A stretch of 64,000 bases of DNA from an uncultured Eubacteriales bacterium. Lineage in GTDB: Bacteria; Bacillota; Clostridia; Christensenellales; UBA1242. The notes beneath the pieces were generated by a model. That model worked only from the letters and a program-made list of their open reading frames with translations, had not been told where the DNA came from and ran no database searches. The position numbers and the translations under genes were made by a program. Positions 1-14,700 of this stretch are shown here, one piece after another (within the stretch, counting starts at the first letter, position 1; every line of letters starts with the position of its first letter). The stretch covers positions 192,828 to 256,827 of the forward strand of contig URXM01000002.1 of NCBI GenBank assembly GCA_900551855.1, given 5' to 3'.

Positions 1-1167
1 AAAAGAGAAAAGAAATTTGCTGTTGGTATAAATGAAGACAAGGATCCTTGCAGAAATTTAACAATTGAACAAATAAGAGAATATTTGAAAGATGGCAAGA
101 AATTTGCTATCCGTTTGAAAACTCAAGGAGATGGAACAAAGAAGATAAAATTCCATGATGGCTCTAAAGGTGATGTAGAAATTGCAGAAAATTGTTCTGA
201 TGCGATTTTGCTTAAAAATGACTTGATGCCAACATATCATTTTGCACATGCAATTGATGATACTTTGATGGGAACTACTGTTGTTGTTCGTGGAGAAGAA
301 TGGTTGCCTTCTTATCCTTTGCACAAAGAAATTTTTGAAGCTTTGGGATTTAAACAACCAAAATATATTCATACACCTTTGATTTATAAATTTAATGAAA
401 AGGGAAACAAGATAAAAATATCAAAGCGTAAACATCCAGAAGCAGATATGAGATATTTTGATAAGGAAGGCTATGACAGACAAGCAATTGTTGAATATTT
501 GATGAATTTAATAAATTCTAATTTTGAACAATGGCGTGCTACTCACAAAAATGATGATATTATGAAGTTTCCTTTTGATGGATTTAATATCACTGCAAAT
601 ACTCCTATTTTTGATTTCGTAAAATTGAACGATGTTTCAAAAGAAATTATATCTCATTACACCGCTGAAGAATGTTATAATCAACTTCTTGCTTGGGCGA
701 GAGAATATTCTTTGGAAAATGTTGATTATTTGGTTAAAGACAAAGATTATGTGACAAAAGTATTAAACATTGACAGAGAAAAACCAAAACCAAGAAAAGA
801 TATTTATAAATGGAGTATGTTTTTTGATTTGTTTGATTATATGTTTAGCGCTCCAAAGAAATTTGAAATTGATGAAGAACACAAGAAAGATTTTGAACAT
901 GTTTTGAGAGAATATAAAAAATATATCAATCTATCTTCAAAAGAAGCTTGGTTTGACAACATTAAGAAAATGGCAGAAAGTTTGGGTTATGCTGTTGACA
1001 ACAAAGCATATAAAGCAAATCCAGAAAAGTTTAAAGGCAATGTTGCTACTGTTTGCGAATATATTAGAGTGGCAATTACTGGACACAAAAATTCTCCAGA
1101 CCTTTATGAAATTATGACTCTGCTTGGCGAAAAAGAAGTTTTGGAAAGAATGGCAGAATTTGCATAA
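1..1167 (+). CDS. gltX: glutamate--tRNA ligase, 5'-truncated by the window edge
   Basis: Frame 1 is open from nt 1 (KREKKFAVGINED...), before the first ATG at 85, so the gene starts upstream of the window. Class-I GluRS-type core motifs are present: YHFAHAIDDTLMGTTVVVRGEEW and a KMSKS-type loop KISKRK. TAA stop at 1165-1167. Confidence 0.85.
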   Translation, partial: KREKKFAVGINEDKDPCRNLTIEQIREYLKDGKKFAIRLKTQGDGTKKIKFHDGSKGDVEIAENCSDAILLKNDLMPTYHFAHAIDDTLMGTTVVVRGEEWLPSYPLHKEIFEALGFKQPKYIHTPLIYKFNEKGNKIKISKRKHPEADMRYFDKEGYDRQAIVEYLMNLINSNFEQWRATHKNDDIMKFPFDGFNITANTPIFDFVKLNDVSKEIISHYTAEECYNQLLAWAREYSLENVDYLVKDKDYVTKVLNIDREKPKPRKDIYKWSMFFDLFDYMFSAPKKFEIDEEHKKDFEHVLREYKKYINLSSKEAWFDNIKKMAESLGYAVDNKAYKANPEKFKGNVATVCEYIRVAITGHKNSPDLYEIMTLLGEKEVLERMAEFA

Positions 1168-1418
1168 TAAATAATAAAAAATTAGTATTTTTAATATTTT
1201 TTTGGTATATGTTCAAGAATATTTATAATTTTTAATTATTTAAAACAAAATATTTAATAAAAATGCTATATATTCGTGTTTATATGAAGAATAAATAGTT
1301 TTTAAATAATTAAATTGATAATTTTCTGCTTATTTTTAATAAAAAACACATTAAAATCAATAAAATTTTGAAAAATAAATAAAAAATAAAATAAATATTA
1401 TCATTTTGGAGATAAAAA

Positions 1419-2477
1419 ATGAAAAAAATAATATTAACAGGAGATAGACCTACAGGCAATCTGCATATTGGTCATTATGTTGGTTCTATTGCAAACAGAT
1501 TGAAATTGCAAGAGATGAATGACTATGACAAATTTTACATTATGATTGCCGATACTCAAGCTTTGACTGATAATGCTAACAATGTTGATAAAGTCAAAAA
1601 TAATATCATACAAGTTGCTATTGACTATTTATCAGCTGGCATAGACCCAAACAAGGTGAACATTTTTATTCAATCTCAAGTGCCTGAGCTTGCTGAAATG
1701 ACTATGTATTTTATGAATTTGGTTACTGTGGCTAGATTGAATAGAAATCCTACTGTAAAAGATGAAATGAAACAAAGAGGTTTTCAAAGTTCTATTCCTG
1801 TCGGCTTTTTGTGTTATCCAATAAGTCAGGCGTCAGATATTTTGGCATTTAACACAAACATCGTTCCTGTTGGAGATGATCAACTGCCAATGTTGGAACA
1901 AACAAGAGAAATTGTTAGAACTTTCAACAACACTTATGGCAAAGAAGTTTTTACTATGCCAGAACCATTGTTGCCAGAAAATAAGATTTGCAGAAGACTT
2001 CCTGGGACTGATGGGAACTTGAAAATGAGTAAGTCTGCAGGGAACTGCATATATTTGAAAGATGAAGCAGATGTCGTAAAACAAAAAATTATGAGTGCAT
2101 ATACCGACCCTAATCATATAAAGATTTCAGATCCTGGAAAAGTTGAAGGGAATGTAGTGTTTTCATATTTAGACGCATTTGCAACAGATGAATCTTTTAA
2201 GAAATATTTGCCAGAGTATAAGAATTTGAACGAATTGAAAGAGCATTATAGAAAGGGCGGACTTGGAGATGTTAAGATAAAATTGTTCTTGAATAATGTG
2301 CTTCAAGAGATTTTAGAGCCTATCAGAAACAGAAGAAAAGAGTTGGAAAAAGACATTGATGGCATTTACAACATGCTTTTTGAAAACAGCAAAAAGGCAA
2401 GAGAAGTCGCTTCGAAGACCGTGGAGAGAATGAAGGATGCCATGGGAATTGAATATACAAAATTTTTGAATAAATAA
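1419..2477 (+). CDS. trpS: tryptophan--tRNA ligase
   Basis: GDRPTGNLHIGHYVG (HIGH motif) and LKMSKSAGN (KMSKS motif). The ~350 aa length is typical of TrpRS. GGAG lies ~8 nt upstream of the ATG. Confidence 0.95.
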   Translation: MKKIILTGDRPTGNLHIGHYVGSIANRLKLQEMNDYDKFYIMIADTQALTDNANNVDKVKNNIIQVAIDYLSAGIDPNKVNIFIQSQVPELAEMTMYFMNLVTVARLNRNPTVKDEMKQRGFQSSIPVGFLCYPISQASDILAFNTNIVPVGDDQLPMLEQTREIVRTFNNTYGKEVFTMPEPLLPENKICRRLPGTDGNLKMSKSAGNCIYLKDEADVVKQKIMSAYTDPNHIKISDPGKVEGNVVFSYLDAFATDESFKKYLPEYKNLNELKEHYRKGGLGDVKIKLFLNNVLQEILEPIRNRRKELEKDIDGIYNMLFENSKKAREVASKTVERMKDAMGIEYTKFLNK

Positions 2478-2487
2478 AAAATCAATA

Positions 2488-2537
2488 AAAATACGCAAAA
2501 AATTCAAAAAAAATTGAAAAAATGCGTATTTTTTTAT
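2488..2537 (+). terminator. putative intrinsic terminator after trpS
   Basis: atacgca (2491-2497) pairs with tgcgtat (2523-2529). An inner ttcaa/ttgaa pairing lies between them, and a T-run follows at 2530-2536. Confidence 0.45.
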
Positions 2538-2675
2538 TATTTTTTGCTGTTTTTATTATTTTCTTTGTTAAATAAAAAAAAATAAACGAATAAAAACTAA
2601 TGTTTAATTGCTTAGTTTGGTTTAAAATACGCATTTATATATATATTAAAAATATATTATTTCTAAAAAATTTAT

Positions 2676-2705
2676 TTGCTTAAAGAGGTGATATTTTTGT
2701 ATAAT
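2676..2705 (+). promoter_or_regulatory. candidate sigma-A promoter of the 6,246-aa gene
   Basis: The -35 is ttgctt (2676-2681). An 18-nt spacer ends in tg, giving an extended -10 with tataat at 2700-2705. An aaggag RBS lies ~10 nt before the ATG at 2749. Confidence 0.4.
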
Positions 2706-2748
2706 AATTATAGGTTTAGTCAGGTCTAAATCAAGGAGAAATTGTATT

Positions 2749-5700
2749 ATGAAAAGAAAGTCAATTTTTTTCACCTTATTTGTTTTAATCTTTGGGTTCT
2801 GTGGGACTCTGAGTTATTTTAACAATCCTATAAATATCACAAATGCTGTCAGCCAAGATGCAAGTGTTTGGGACGGAGAGTTTGTTGAAAATGAAAGTGA
2901 ATTGACTGAGAGCGATTGGTATAATGAAAATGTAAACAATTATTATATCAGGAGTGCAGCTGGACTTTCTTATTTTGTTCACAGTGTAAATGATGGAACT
3001 GTTTACAAAAACAAAAACATATACCTTGATACAGATATTGACTTGGCAAATTATAATTGGACTCCTATTGGTAATGCTGTGAATATTTTCCAAGGATCAT
3101 TTTATGGACAGGGACATACAATTTACAATTTAGAAATAAATGATGCAACTTCTAGTTATGTTGGTTTCTTTGGAACTTTGACCGATTATTCAAAAGTTGA
3201 CAATTTGCATTTAAGAAATGTAAACATTGATTTGACCATTTCAAACAGTGATGATTATTATGTTGGAACTATGGTTGGATATTTTAACAACACTGGAAAT
3301 GTTGATAGAAGTTATAGCAATTCTTACATAACAAATTGTTCTGTTGAAGGGGAGATCAATATTTCTTCATCTGAATCAACACAAAACTTTATGGTTGGTG
3401 GACTTGCAGGGAGCATTAACAATGCAAGTGTAAGAACTTCAAAAACTGAAGTTAAAATAAACATTGATTCAGTCAATGCACAAAATTTGAGAGTCGGGGG
3501 TCTCACAGGATCTTCCGATTATTTGGTTTTGTCAGACTGTTATTATGATGGAGACATAGAGGTAAGTTCTACTACTGCATCAGGATACATGGGAGGATTG
3601 GTTGGATATTTAAGTGGTATAAGTGCCAACTATTCATCAACAATTGAAAATACATATAGCAAAGGCAAAATTGTTTTAAGCAACAATGGAAAAAGTTTTT
3701 ATATTGGTGGAATTGTTGGAAGAGTAAACAACGAATATTTTGTTATGAACAATTCTTACCATGTTGGAGATATAAAAACGGGCGACAATAACATTTATGG
3801 GACTAATTACATGAGTGGGTTGATAGGACAACTTCAAGCTTCTAGTTTTGCAAACACAAAGATGTTGAATTGTTTTTATATTGGCTCTTTGTCTGGAAAT
3901 AATTACAATCAAAATTATTTATATCCTGTTGACAAAAACTTGGGAGAATCTCAAAAACCAGAAGTTGGGGGATTGTACTTTGATGTTGATATGAAGTCAA
4001 CAGCAAAGGGAGATTTGGCTAATCAAATTATTAATTTGGACAGTCTCGCAAAAACAAAAGACTTTTATTTAAATGAGAGATATTGGGATTCTGAAAAGAG
4101 TTGGAACTTCTCTGATTCTTTCTCAAACTGGGATATTTCTTCAGGAATAAACGATGGATATCCATATTTGAAACAATTGAATAATATTGGAAATGCTAAT
4201 AATGACAGTGATTATTCTGCAGGAAGTAAATTGGAAGGAGAAGGAACTGCTGAGTCTCCATATTTGATCAAAACAGCTGGTGATTTGGGATATATGTCCT
4301 TTAATTTTCAAAGCAAAAAATATTATTCTCTTCAAAACAATATTGATTTGTCAGGCAGAACATGGCAACCAATAGGAACTTTATCTAATCCTTTCAATGG
4401 TGTTTTTGATGGAAATGGATACACTATTTATGGACTTACATGTTCTTTGCAAGAGAAGTTTGGATCTCATGGTTTGTTTGGTGTCACATCAAATGCAGTT
4501 ATAAAAAACTTGAAGATAAAAAATGTAAAATACATAAATGAAGGCACAAATAGTGGTTATATTGGGACTTTTATTGGATATGTAAAAGGTGACACATATT
4601 TGATAAATTGTGCTGACAACGAATATAGCCAAGCCGGGACCAAATTGTCTGATGGAAGTAATGTTTATTCAGTTGGAAGGGTTGACAGCGATGCGAATAT
4701 TTTTGTTTTCTATGGTACAAACTCAACAAATTCGTCAGGAAACTTAATTGAAAATAATATAGACACTTCAAACAATGGCGATTTTTATGGAAACATCAAT
4801 CTTTCAGGGACAAAAACAAGTACTGGAACTTTGGCTGATGTATATTATGGCTATGATTTAACAATAAATGGAAATGGTGGAAACTTTTATAATTCAAACA
4901 AAGTAAGTTATAAAGGCAAATATCATCTTCTTGTTATGCCAACAGGTGAAAATGCAAAGATTAAAAATATTGCATTGACATCAACTGGAAATGTCGCTAG
5001 TGAAGTGGTGAATGTTTCTAGCATGGACAGCACTTTTGGTGTTGGTCTTCCACAACTTTCTCATCTTTTTGGCACGACAGACACAATAATTAAAAAAGGT
5101 TTTAAAGCTGTTTCATTCAATTATACATTGTCAGGTGCAACTGACAGTGTTTTGTATAGCCTTTCTGACTCTCAAAAAACAGAAGTTTTGAATTTTGATA
5201 TAAATTATTCAAAGGCACCTTTGCATGGTGTAAATGTAAATTGGCAAGTTTATGGATATAATCCAAACAATCCAAATGAAGCAGACAAAGACAATGCTTA
5301 TCAAATAAAAGTTATTTACAACACTTACGAAAAAGAAGAGTTTGGGGCTACATCATATGACTATGATGCAAGTTCTGAAGTTCAAGTTGATGAAGATGGA
5401 AATGTTTATAAGATATTCTATTTGGAATATGATGCTTTTCTTTCTGATTATCCAGAAATTTTTGAAGTGCCAAGTTATAAAGACAAAAATGGCGTGCAAA
5501 AATTGTTAAGAAATGGAGATTTTGCTATTGAAGGTGTTTATCAAGAGGGTTATCCTTTTGCAAAAGAAATTTTGACTACCGAACCTGTAGATGGAGAAAA
5601 TTCTGCTGATGTTTACTACGCTTCAAGCACTCTTGCAAACAGTATATTGTCTGATGCATCAATTGTTGGTGACGTTTATTTGGCAAATTTATATGTAAAC

Positions 5701-8700
5701 TGGGAAGGTATTGAAAAGTTAGAAGATGGTCATGAATTTGATTTGACAATCAGTTTAAATCCTTTGGAAGGAACTGATGAGCAATCAAGCTTTGCAGGAA
5801 ACTTTGATATAAAAGATGCAATAACAAGCATAGAAGTTTATCAAGTACCAGATGCATCAAATCCTAATTTGGAAAAAGTTTATAGAGAATTTTCTGGTGA
5901 TTCTTTGATTGTAAACGACAACAAAGTTAAAGTAAATGTGACAATTACAACAACAAAATTGAGTGATACTACAGACAATTATTGGTATGTTGTAGTGACT
6001 CTTAAAAATGGGTTTATATATTCTGGAGACGGAACAAAAGATAAAAATTATAACGGAACAATAGACACTAACTTTGGTGTAGATTCTTCATCTGGTGTGA
6101 AAGGAGAATGGAGATTCTACAATTTGGTAAGCGATTACAACCTTACACTCGTTGTTTCTCGTGACATGAAAGAAAACGAACTTTCTATTGGAACGGGCGT
6201 TTATATGGGACTTACTCCTTTTGTGACGGGTTGGAACAAAGTTTCTGTAATTGGCCCAAATGGTGAAAAAGCTGACATATCTTCTCTTACAAACAATGAA
6301 TCTTTGAAAACTGTTTATCAAAATGGTGAAAACTTTGTTGGTTTTGACTTTATGAAAAACAAAATTTTAAGTTCTAGTGCCAGCTATGATGCCATTGATT
6401 TGACTTCAAATTATATTCTTACAGAAGGAAACAAAAAGAGCGTTTTGTTTGAGTATGAATTTGCTGGAGAGTCAAAATATTATTTATATGAATTTGTTGA
6501 AAACGACCAAAGTTATTCTTACCCACAAACTATTTATTTGTACACAAGTGATGCAAACAGACAAAAAACTGATATGGTTGTTCAATTGGACAGCAGTACA
6601 GAATTGACTTATAGACTTTCATATTATGCTTATACCAATTTTGGAATTATATATTCAACAGAAACTGATGCAACTATATTCAGTGTAGTTTCACAATTTA
6701 ACAGCTCAAGCATTGACAAAGTAAAAGATGGTGAGCAAAGAGAAGTTGATGTTATTATTCCTAATGGTGCAAACCCTTCAAAAATTTACATGGTTTTTGA
6801 AAGTATTATAAAAATAAATAATGGGGAAAGTATTGAAGCAACAACAAGATATTCTCAAGCTATCTTTAACTTTAATACAAAATACTTAGCTCAAGATCAA
6901 GATTTGTTGGATGAAAATGGTGATGTAAATTATGTAGACATTGAAAAAAATTCTCCTACTATTTATTCAGTTGTTAAAGACGCTTTGGGGCAATGGAATT
7001 TGACTGGAGAATTAAAGAGTAAAATTTACAGTGTAGATGTTAATTCTGGAGAAATTGTTTTTGCAGTGCAATCTACTGATTTTTACAAGTTCTTTGTAAA
7101 GAGAGGTGGCACTGACAATATTACATTGTTTAACAATACTGGGAGTACTGCAAATCTCAATTTGGAAAGCTGCAACATAAAAATCGCAGTTTCTGATGAA
7201 AATGATCAAGTAATTTCTGATTATGAAGAAAGATTTAATCTTAACAATCAAGAATATTTAACAATCTCAGCCTCATCAACTTATGTAGAGAGTAAATGGA
7301 TACAAAGTGAAAATGGTGGCTTGGAGTATCAAAACGAATTCTTTGTTATTATATTGAATTACAGTGCGGGAAATGGTGGGTTGCAAGCAGGTAATTACAC
7401 TCTTGATGTTGTCTGCACCGATGTTTTCTACAACATGAATTATTCTACAAAATTTGTAAATGCAGATGTTGATGTAAGTCAATTGAAAGATGTAAAACTC
7501 TTGGAAAATGAAGAGAGTTCTGATATCGAAACTGTTGTGACAGCAAATGGAGAAAAGTACGAACAAAACAATTCTTCAATCAAATTTGACAATGAAATAA
7601 CTGTTTCAACTTATATGCAAACAAATAATGCTTATGAATTTTGGGGCTGGTATATTAAAGGATCAAATTATTCAAGATTTGTGGCGAAAGGGAATTCTTT
7701 GCCATCATCTCCATCAGCTTCAACTCCTTCAACTTTGAGTTTTGAATATGGTGACATGTATTTTTCAACAAGTGGTACAAACTTGAATGAACTTGGATTT
7801 TTGGATGAAAACAACGCTTACAATATTACAATCTATGCAATTTTCCAAAGAAAACAGACAACAATAGACCTTTCTCAAAGAGTTATTATTGAAAACAGAA
7901 ATGGTGAACAAACAGAATATACAAGCTATGCTATTAACTTGAATTTAAGTTTTGCTTTGAGACTTAATGATGGTTCTTCTGCACAATCTATTGTTTACAA
8001 TTATACTTCAAACACAAATTCAGAAGAACAATTCTTGTCTAATTTCAATTTTGTTATGACAGGAACTGACTCTACAGGTTATTACATTTCTGGTTATAGA
8101 TTGTTTGATGTTTATGGTGATGTGGTAGAGGTAAATCTCAATGGACAAAGTGAAAAAATTGAATATATTGGAAACAAATATGACAACAATGTATCAATGA
8201 ATTTTGACATATATAAACAAGTAAAGACCTTGATGGAACAGGGCGAGACAAGCAAATATCAAGAATATACCATTACGCCTATTATAAGACAGAAATCTGC
8301 AAATATCACTTTCCATTCAGGAACTGGTTCTAGTGGCTATGGTGACACCAAAAATGGACATGTTTTTGATGTTAGTGGTGAAAATGAAACAACCGATACA
8401 TACTTCACTACAACTGAAATATATTTCGACACCACAATATACTTAAATTCACCATTAGATGGAAATATAAACAGCAACGATACGACTGAATCTGTTATTG
8501 TTGAAAATTTGTTTAGCAGTAGAACAGGTTATGTAAAGAAGAGCAACAATTATTGGGTTTCTACAATTGGAGAACAACTCAATGGTATGACATTGCAATT
8601 GTCAACTTCTTATTTTAAAGATTCTCAAACATTGAAAGAATTGCATTTTTATGTAGTTTGGGAAGCTAGAAATTACAACATTAGATTTATGCCTAATGGT

Positions 8701-11700
8701 GGAATTTTTGATGGTATTGATTCTATAAGCATTACTGCAACTTATGATTCAAATGAAGTTGTTTACAACAATATAAAATATTACTCTACAAGTTTAGACA
8801 ATATTACGGCAATCAAAGACAAATTGCAATATATTGGTTATGAAAACTCTGGATGGAGTTTGGATGCAGATAACAACATTCTCGGTCGTTTGGTATTTGA
8901 TGCAAATTTGGGTCTGATTTCAGGGCAAGAGTATTCTTTGTTTGATGAAAAAGGAAATTATATTTGCCCAAGTGATTCAATTGTGTATGCCGTTTGGGTA
9001 GAATGCCCTTATACAATCAAAATCATGTTGAATGGTGCAAATAGTTATGATATACACGGGCAAAAAACAAGCATTCCAAATGATGAACAAAAAGAATTTG
9101 GACTTGAAATTGATATTAGATATGACAGCACATTTGCTGAAATGTTTTTCGAAAACGATGAAGAAAACAAGATAAAAATCAGTGAAATAGTTTTGGAAAG
9201 AGAAGGATACAAGTTTAATGGCTTCTACGCTATTAGTGGAAATTTAAGACAAAATATCGATGATTATACAGTTTTCACTACAAACATTATTTCTTGTTCT
9301 CAAACTATGACTGAAGATATTGTTTTGACTTTGTATGCAAATTGGACTTTTGATATTTCTTATCTTTCATTAAGTTTGAATCAAAGCAATTTGCCAAGTT
9401 TGGTATATAATGCAGGCCAACAAACAATTTATTTGGCAGATTACTTTAAACTTGGTTATCAAGCAAATGGTTATGTTGTAAGTTTGGATGAAAATGGTCA
9501 AGACATGACAATTACTCTTTCACCAAACATGAATTCTTCTATATTGTTAAGTCTTTCTTCAGAGAAAGCAACAATTGATAATTATTCAGATTTGTCATTT
9601 AAGGTAAGAAATGTAGGAAATTATTCTGTAAGCTTAAGCATAACAATCACTGATGATGCAAGTTATTTGAATTTGGGTAATGTGTATAACGAAAACTGTA
9701 TGTTCTACATTGAAGTGACCAAGGCAGATTTGGATAGCTCGGTTAGTGATGAAATGTATGTAGAAAATGTAAAACGAATTATGGAACCTTTCATGAATGT
9801 AGAGTTTAATACGAAATTGCAAAGTTGTTCTACTCTTGATGGTGTGACAAATTTGATGAAGAGTGAAGATTCTACAATTACAGGCACTGCTGGCGAAGAA
9901 CTTAACAACAGTGTTTATGAATACATTATGTTTAAATACTACATGCTTCTAAATTCAAATGTTGGAGAGACTTACAAGACTTATAAAGAATGGACTTATG
10001 CTGATTACTTAAATCATATAAGTGATGAGAATAACGCAACTTCAGTTTCAAATATTGTGTCATCACTTTCTCACTTTGATTTCTATGACTATACAATTTC
10101 TGACAGCAGTATGAATATTGATGGGTACGACAATTTGGAAATTGTTTCTGATGCGGTTCAAAATGTTGGTCTTGAATTGGCTATAGACAAAATTGTTATA
10201 TCTTCTAATACCGTTTCTAATCTTTCTCCTAACAACAGTTATGAAATGAGAGTTTACTTGAAAAATGTTGTATCAAGTGTAGATAGTCTTGCAAATTACA
10301 ATGTGCAATACGATGCAAATGGAGATGCTTTCATCACAGCAGGTACTGCATTCTTGTTGCCACAAACTATTTTGGTTCAAAACTTGGAAAGCACAAAATC
10401 TGCATATTTTGAAGCTAATGTAGAGAACAAAGAAGTAGCTTGGGCAGGAAACAGAGAATCTTTGGAATATGGAAGCAACACTTATTATTTGATTGAAAAC
10501 AACCTCTATCTCTCAGCAGAACTTTACACTTCTTCAAGTGGAGATTTGTTGACTGATACAATTTATTCATTTACTAACAAAGAAAACTATTTATTCTTTG
10601 ATAATGTTTCTATCATCTTAAAGACCGAAAATTCTGGTGAAGTATCATATACAAACATTTCATCATACTTTAAGCCTATTATGGCGGAAGATGATGTGTT
10701 TACAATCATGAATACAAATGGTGTCGCAAACTTAACTGTTACAGCAAATTATCTTACAAACAAAGATGGTATGATATATTTTGAAAAAGTAGAAGATATC
10801 ATGGCTTCTGAACTTTTGAGAATTACTCGTGTTTATTACAACATAGATGGCACTGAAAAAGATGTTTATGATGCAGATGGATTGGAAGAGACATCTTTCT
10901 CTGATAATGGAGTGTTGGTTTATGAAATAACAGAGAACAATTCAAATTCTGTTTCTATTTTTGTTAGTCCAACAGTTACAAAAGTTGTGTTCTCTGCTAC
11001 ATCTTCTTCAATCTCTGATTATATAGGATTGTATAAGTGGGTTGATTCCCCAATTTATAGTGTTGATGGAACCATGGACACAAAAGGCAGTTTGACTGTT
11101 GATATGTCTTTGATAGAAAAATCAGATGAGGGCATGACAAATATAAATTATTATGCAGTTTATACCGATTTGGTTCTTGTAAAATACAATTTAAATTTCC
11201 CAAGTAGTTATAATTTAAGTTCAAGCCAAACAGCTACAATGAAACTTGGAGAAACCACTGCAAATGATCTTGCTATACCTAGCGAAAGCGGATTTGTTTT
11301 GGCAAGTCTTAAAGCAAAAACTCCTACTGGCGAGACTTTGGATTACACAGAAATATTCACAGGTGAAGATAGTGGAAATGGAAGAGTTTATGTAGGTATT
11401 ACTCCAGAGACTAAATTTGCGATTGTGACTCTTGAAGCAAAATGGAATGTTGAAGACATTGCTTACAATCAAATTTTGACAAGTTATAGAGCTGCAGTTG
11501 AATCATTTACTTCTTTGACAGTTGATGATATTGTTGCAATATCAAATAAAAATACCACTTTGTATGAATACACTTATGCATGGTATTTCAATAACCAAAA
11601 AATATCCGAAGGCCAAATAATGAAATTGGAAAACAATGGAAGCTATGATGAAAGCGGAAATTATAAACTCGTTGTCAATGCAACATTGAATTCAGAATTT

Positions 11701-14700
11701 GTTATTTCTTTGGAAGATGCTTCAAAAACTTCTACAAGCGTTGAAATCAATTTCACTTTGGAATTTATGCGCAATATCATAGATAAGATTACTTTGCCAG
11801 AACCAGAAAGCGTTGTTGTGACTTATGATGGCAGAGAACATATATCAGATTGGAGTGTAAATGTTGATATTTATATTTACAATCCAAGCAAAGACGCTTA
11901 TGAAGAAACTGTCACAACACAACAATTGCATTATGTCACTACAGGGTCTATTTACTTTAAAGTTTACTTCAATGGTGGAGAAGTAAGCTCAATGAAAAAT
12001 GCCGGTGAATATAGAATAAATATTTGTATTGATGAAGGATCTTATGACATATCTGGTGTTGACTCTTCAAATTTGGAATTTGTTTACACGATCAATGCTT
12101 TAAGCGTAGATTTAAGTGAGTATGATTTTAATATGTCTAAACAATTCAACTCTGTTGAGCCTTCTTTGACCAAAGAAATTTATTTGACAAATGAAAATGT
12201 ACCTTTGCAACTCGAAAGAGACGCTGGCGAAGATGTTGGATATTACAACATTTATCTTAAAGACAACTTGCAAGAATATAAGATGAATTATACTTTCACT
12301 TATGGCGATGTTGTATTGTTTGAAAATGGTGCTTTGACTGCAGAAGCAAAGACCACAGCAATCGGAACTTTTGCAATAACAAAAGGTGGAACATTGAGAT
12401 TGTCTTATGAAGTCACAGCACTCAATCCTATGGCTGTTGAAGCAAATTATAGCAATTTGGGATACAGCTTGAAGTTGACAGAAGATTTCAGATTGCAAAT
12501 TTATAATGGTGATGTTGTCTATAAAGAATTTTATTTGAACTTGTTTGATTTGGCTACAAGTGAAAATATTTCTTCAGATGTAATTTTAAACATCTTAAGA
12601 ACAAAAATTTCTGATATCCAACCAACATTCTTTAATACAGAAAGTTATCAAACAGCTTACAACAGCATGACTTATACATATAGTTTTGCGTTGGGAGATG
12701 AGATATCTAAGTATTATACAAACATAGAATTTGAGGCTGGTTATACATTTACAATCAAAACAATTACAGTTGATGTTTCTGGCTTTAAGTTGCAAAAAAC
12801 ATATGATGGAACAACAAACATCTATCTTGACTTAACAGGGAAGACAATTGACTTAGATAGTTATAGTGGAGTTTATATTGCAGGAACATTCTTGACAGCG
12901 CATGCAGGAACAAATGTTAGAGTTGATTTGTCATTGCAAAGAAAAGACTCTACAGAAAACCTTTCAAACTATGAACTTACTGCAAGTTATGTTGTGGGAG
13001 CTATAAACAAACTTGATGGCACTATGTCATTTACTATGAGCAAAACTGAGTTTGCTTATGGTGAGATTTCTCTCAACAACTTCTCAAGTTTTATTGGAAA
13101 TTATATTGTTATGAATTCTGACAACCAACTTGTGACAAATTTGTTGGTAGATGGATATTATACTATCTCATACAGTTTGAAAAATCCTTCAACAAATGAA
13201 AAAGGGTTCTTGTATAAAGGCAACTACACAATTGGTGTAAATGCCGCGTTCCAAGATTTTAATATGACGATAAACGAACCTTCATTTGAAGTTTTGGCTT
13301 TGCAATATGAAGTTCAAATTCCTGAAAATTATATTCAAATTTCTGTTTTGGATAAAGTTCAAGAATATTATGAAAACGCAATTTCAATTCAAAGCACTGG
13401 CGACACAATAAATTTAAGATTGGCACCAGAAGGTTTGACAGCAGGACAAAATGCAAATACAGGAAGCTACAATTTGTTGTTGGTTGAAGATACCTTCTTA
13501 AATGGAAGTGTTGTCGTTTCTATCAATGAAAACAACAAAGGCTTGCAAGTTTTGTTTGCTACAGAAACTGTTTATGTAAGAATTGATGATACTTCAATTT
13601 TGACAAATTCTTATAGTGGACAAAATTACAGTGTATCAGGTGATGTTTCAAAAATTTTGACAGTTTCAAATGGTACGACGAATTTAACAAGTGCATTGAC
13701 CTTCTTCTTAAAAGTAGATGAAGGCGGAGAAGTTGTAGAAAAAACTCTTGGTGATGGAGAAATATCATTTGCAACTCTTTCAATTGGATTTGAAGATTCA
13801 ATTACCGAAGTATCTAAGGCAGGACAATATAAGTTGAGTATTCTTGCACAATGCAACGAATATGTAAATGTTGTTTTTGCAGAAGATTATTATCTTAATA
13901 TTGAAAAATTGACAATTGACATAGCTCAATTTACATTTGAAAAAACATACGACGGAATTGGCAGTTATATCATTTCTGACTTCAACGAAAAAATTGATGG
14001 TGATGATGTTTCAATTTTAGTTCAATTTGATTCTGCTGTTTCTGGTGAAGGTAAAAATGTAAACTTGTACCTTAGCGGAACAGACATGAACAATTATGAG
14101 TTGTCAAGTGCGACAAGTACAGGTTCAATCAACAAAGCAGAAGCAATTGTTGAACTTGTAAAAACAGATTTGGTTTATGGTGAAGTTTCTTTGACTCAAC
14201 CATTGTCTTACACGGTCAAGGCAGGCACAACAAACTTGTTGCCTTCTCAATATTCTTTGACTTTGGAAATTGAAAATGCAAATTATAGTGCGTCAGGATA
14301 TTTGACTGTTGGAACATATACGGTGGCTTTGAGTGCTCAATCTTCAACAAACTATGATTTGATTTTGAACACAACACAAATTCAAGTTTCTGCGTACGAT
14401 TTGACTTTGCAATTCAATACTGATGGAGAAATCTATTATGAATTTAATTCTCCAGAAGCAAATTCTGATCAGTTCACTTATATCTATATAACACCACTTT
14501 ATGAAAGCATCGAAATCTTGATGACAAGAGAAAGTGGAAAAGATATTGGATATTACAAAATATTAAGTGGAACTTCAAATGATACAAATTATTATGTTTT
14601 GAAAGTGGACGACAAGAGTGAACTTGGTGCATTTAGAATTTCTCAAGCAAAAGAAAGATTATATCTTCTTTTGAGTGATGAAGAAATAGTCACAGCTTCT

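Noticed and set aside
1168-1418. Possible T-box riboswitch leader upstream of trpS, and similarly upstream of argS at 42042-42117
   Set aside because: The trpS leader is almost pure A/T. It lacks the conserved T-box 14-mer (AGGGTGGTACCGCG-like), a specifier-loop context and any GC-containing stems. The argS leader is only ~40 nt after a terminator.
2764-2772. A T7 tract in the signal-peptide codons of the 6,246-aa gene as a slipped-strand phase-variation switch
   Set aside because: Seven T is short for efficient slippage and simply encodes IFF in an AT-rich genome. A single sequence gives no evidence of length heterogeneity.
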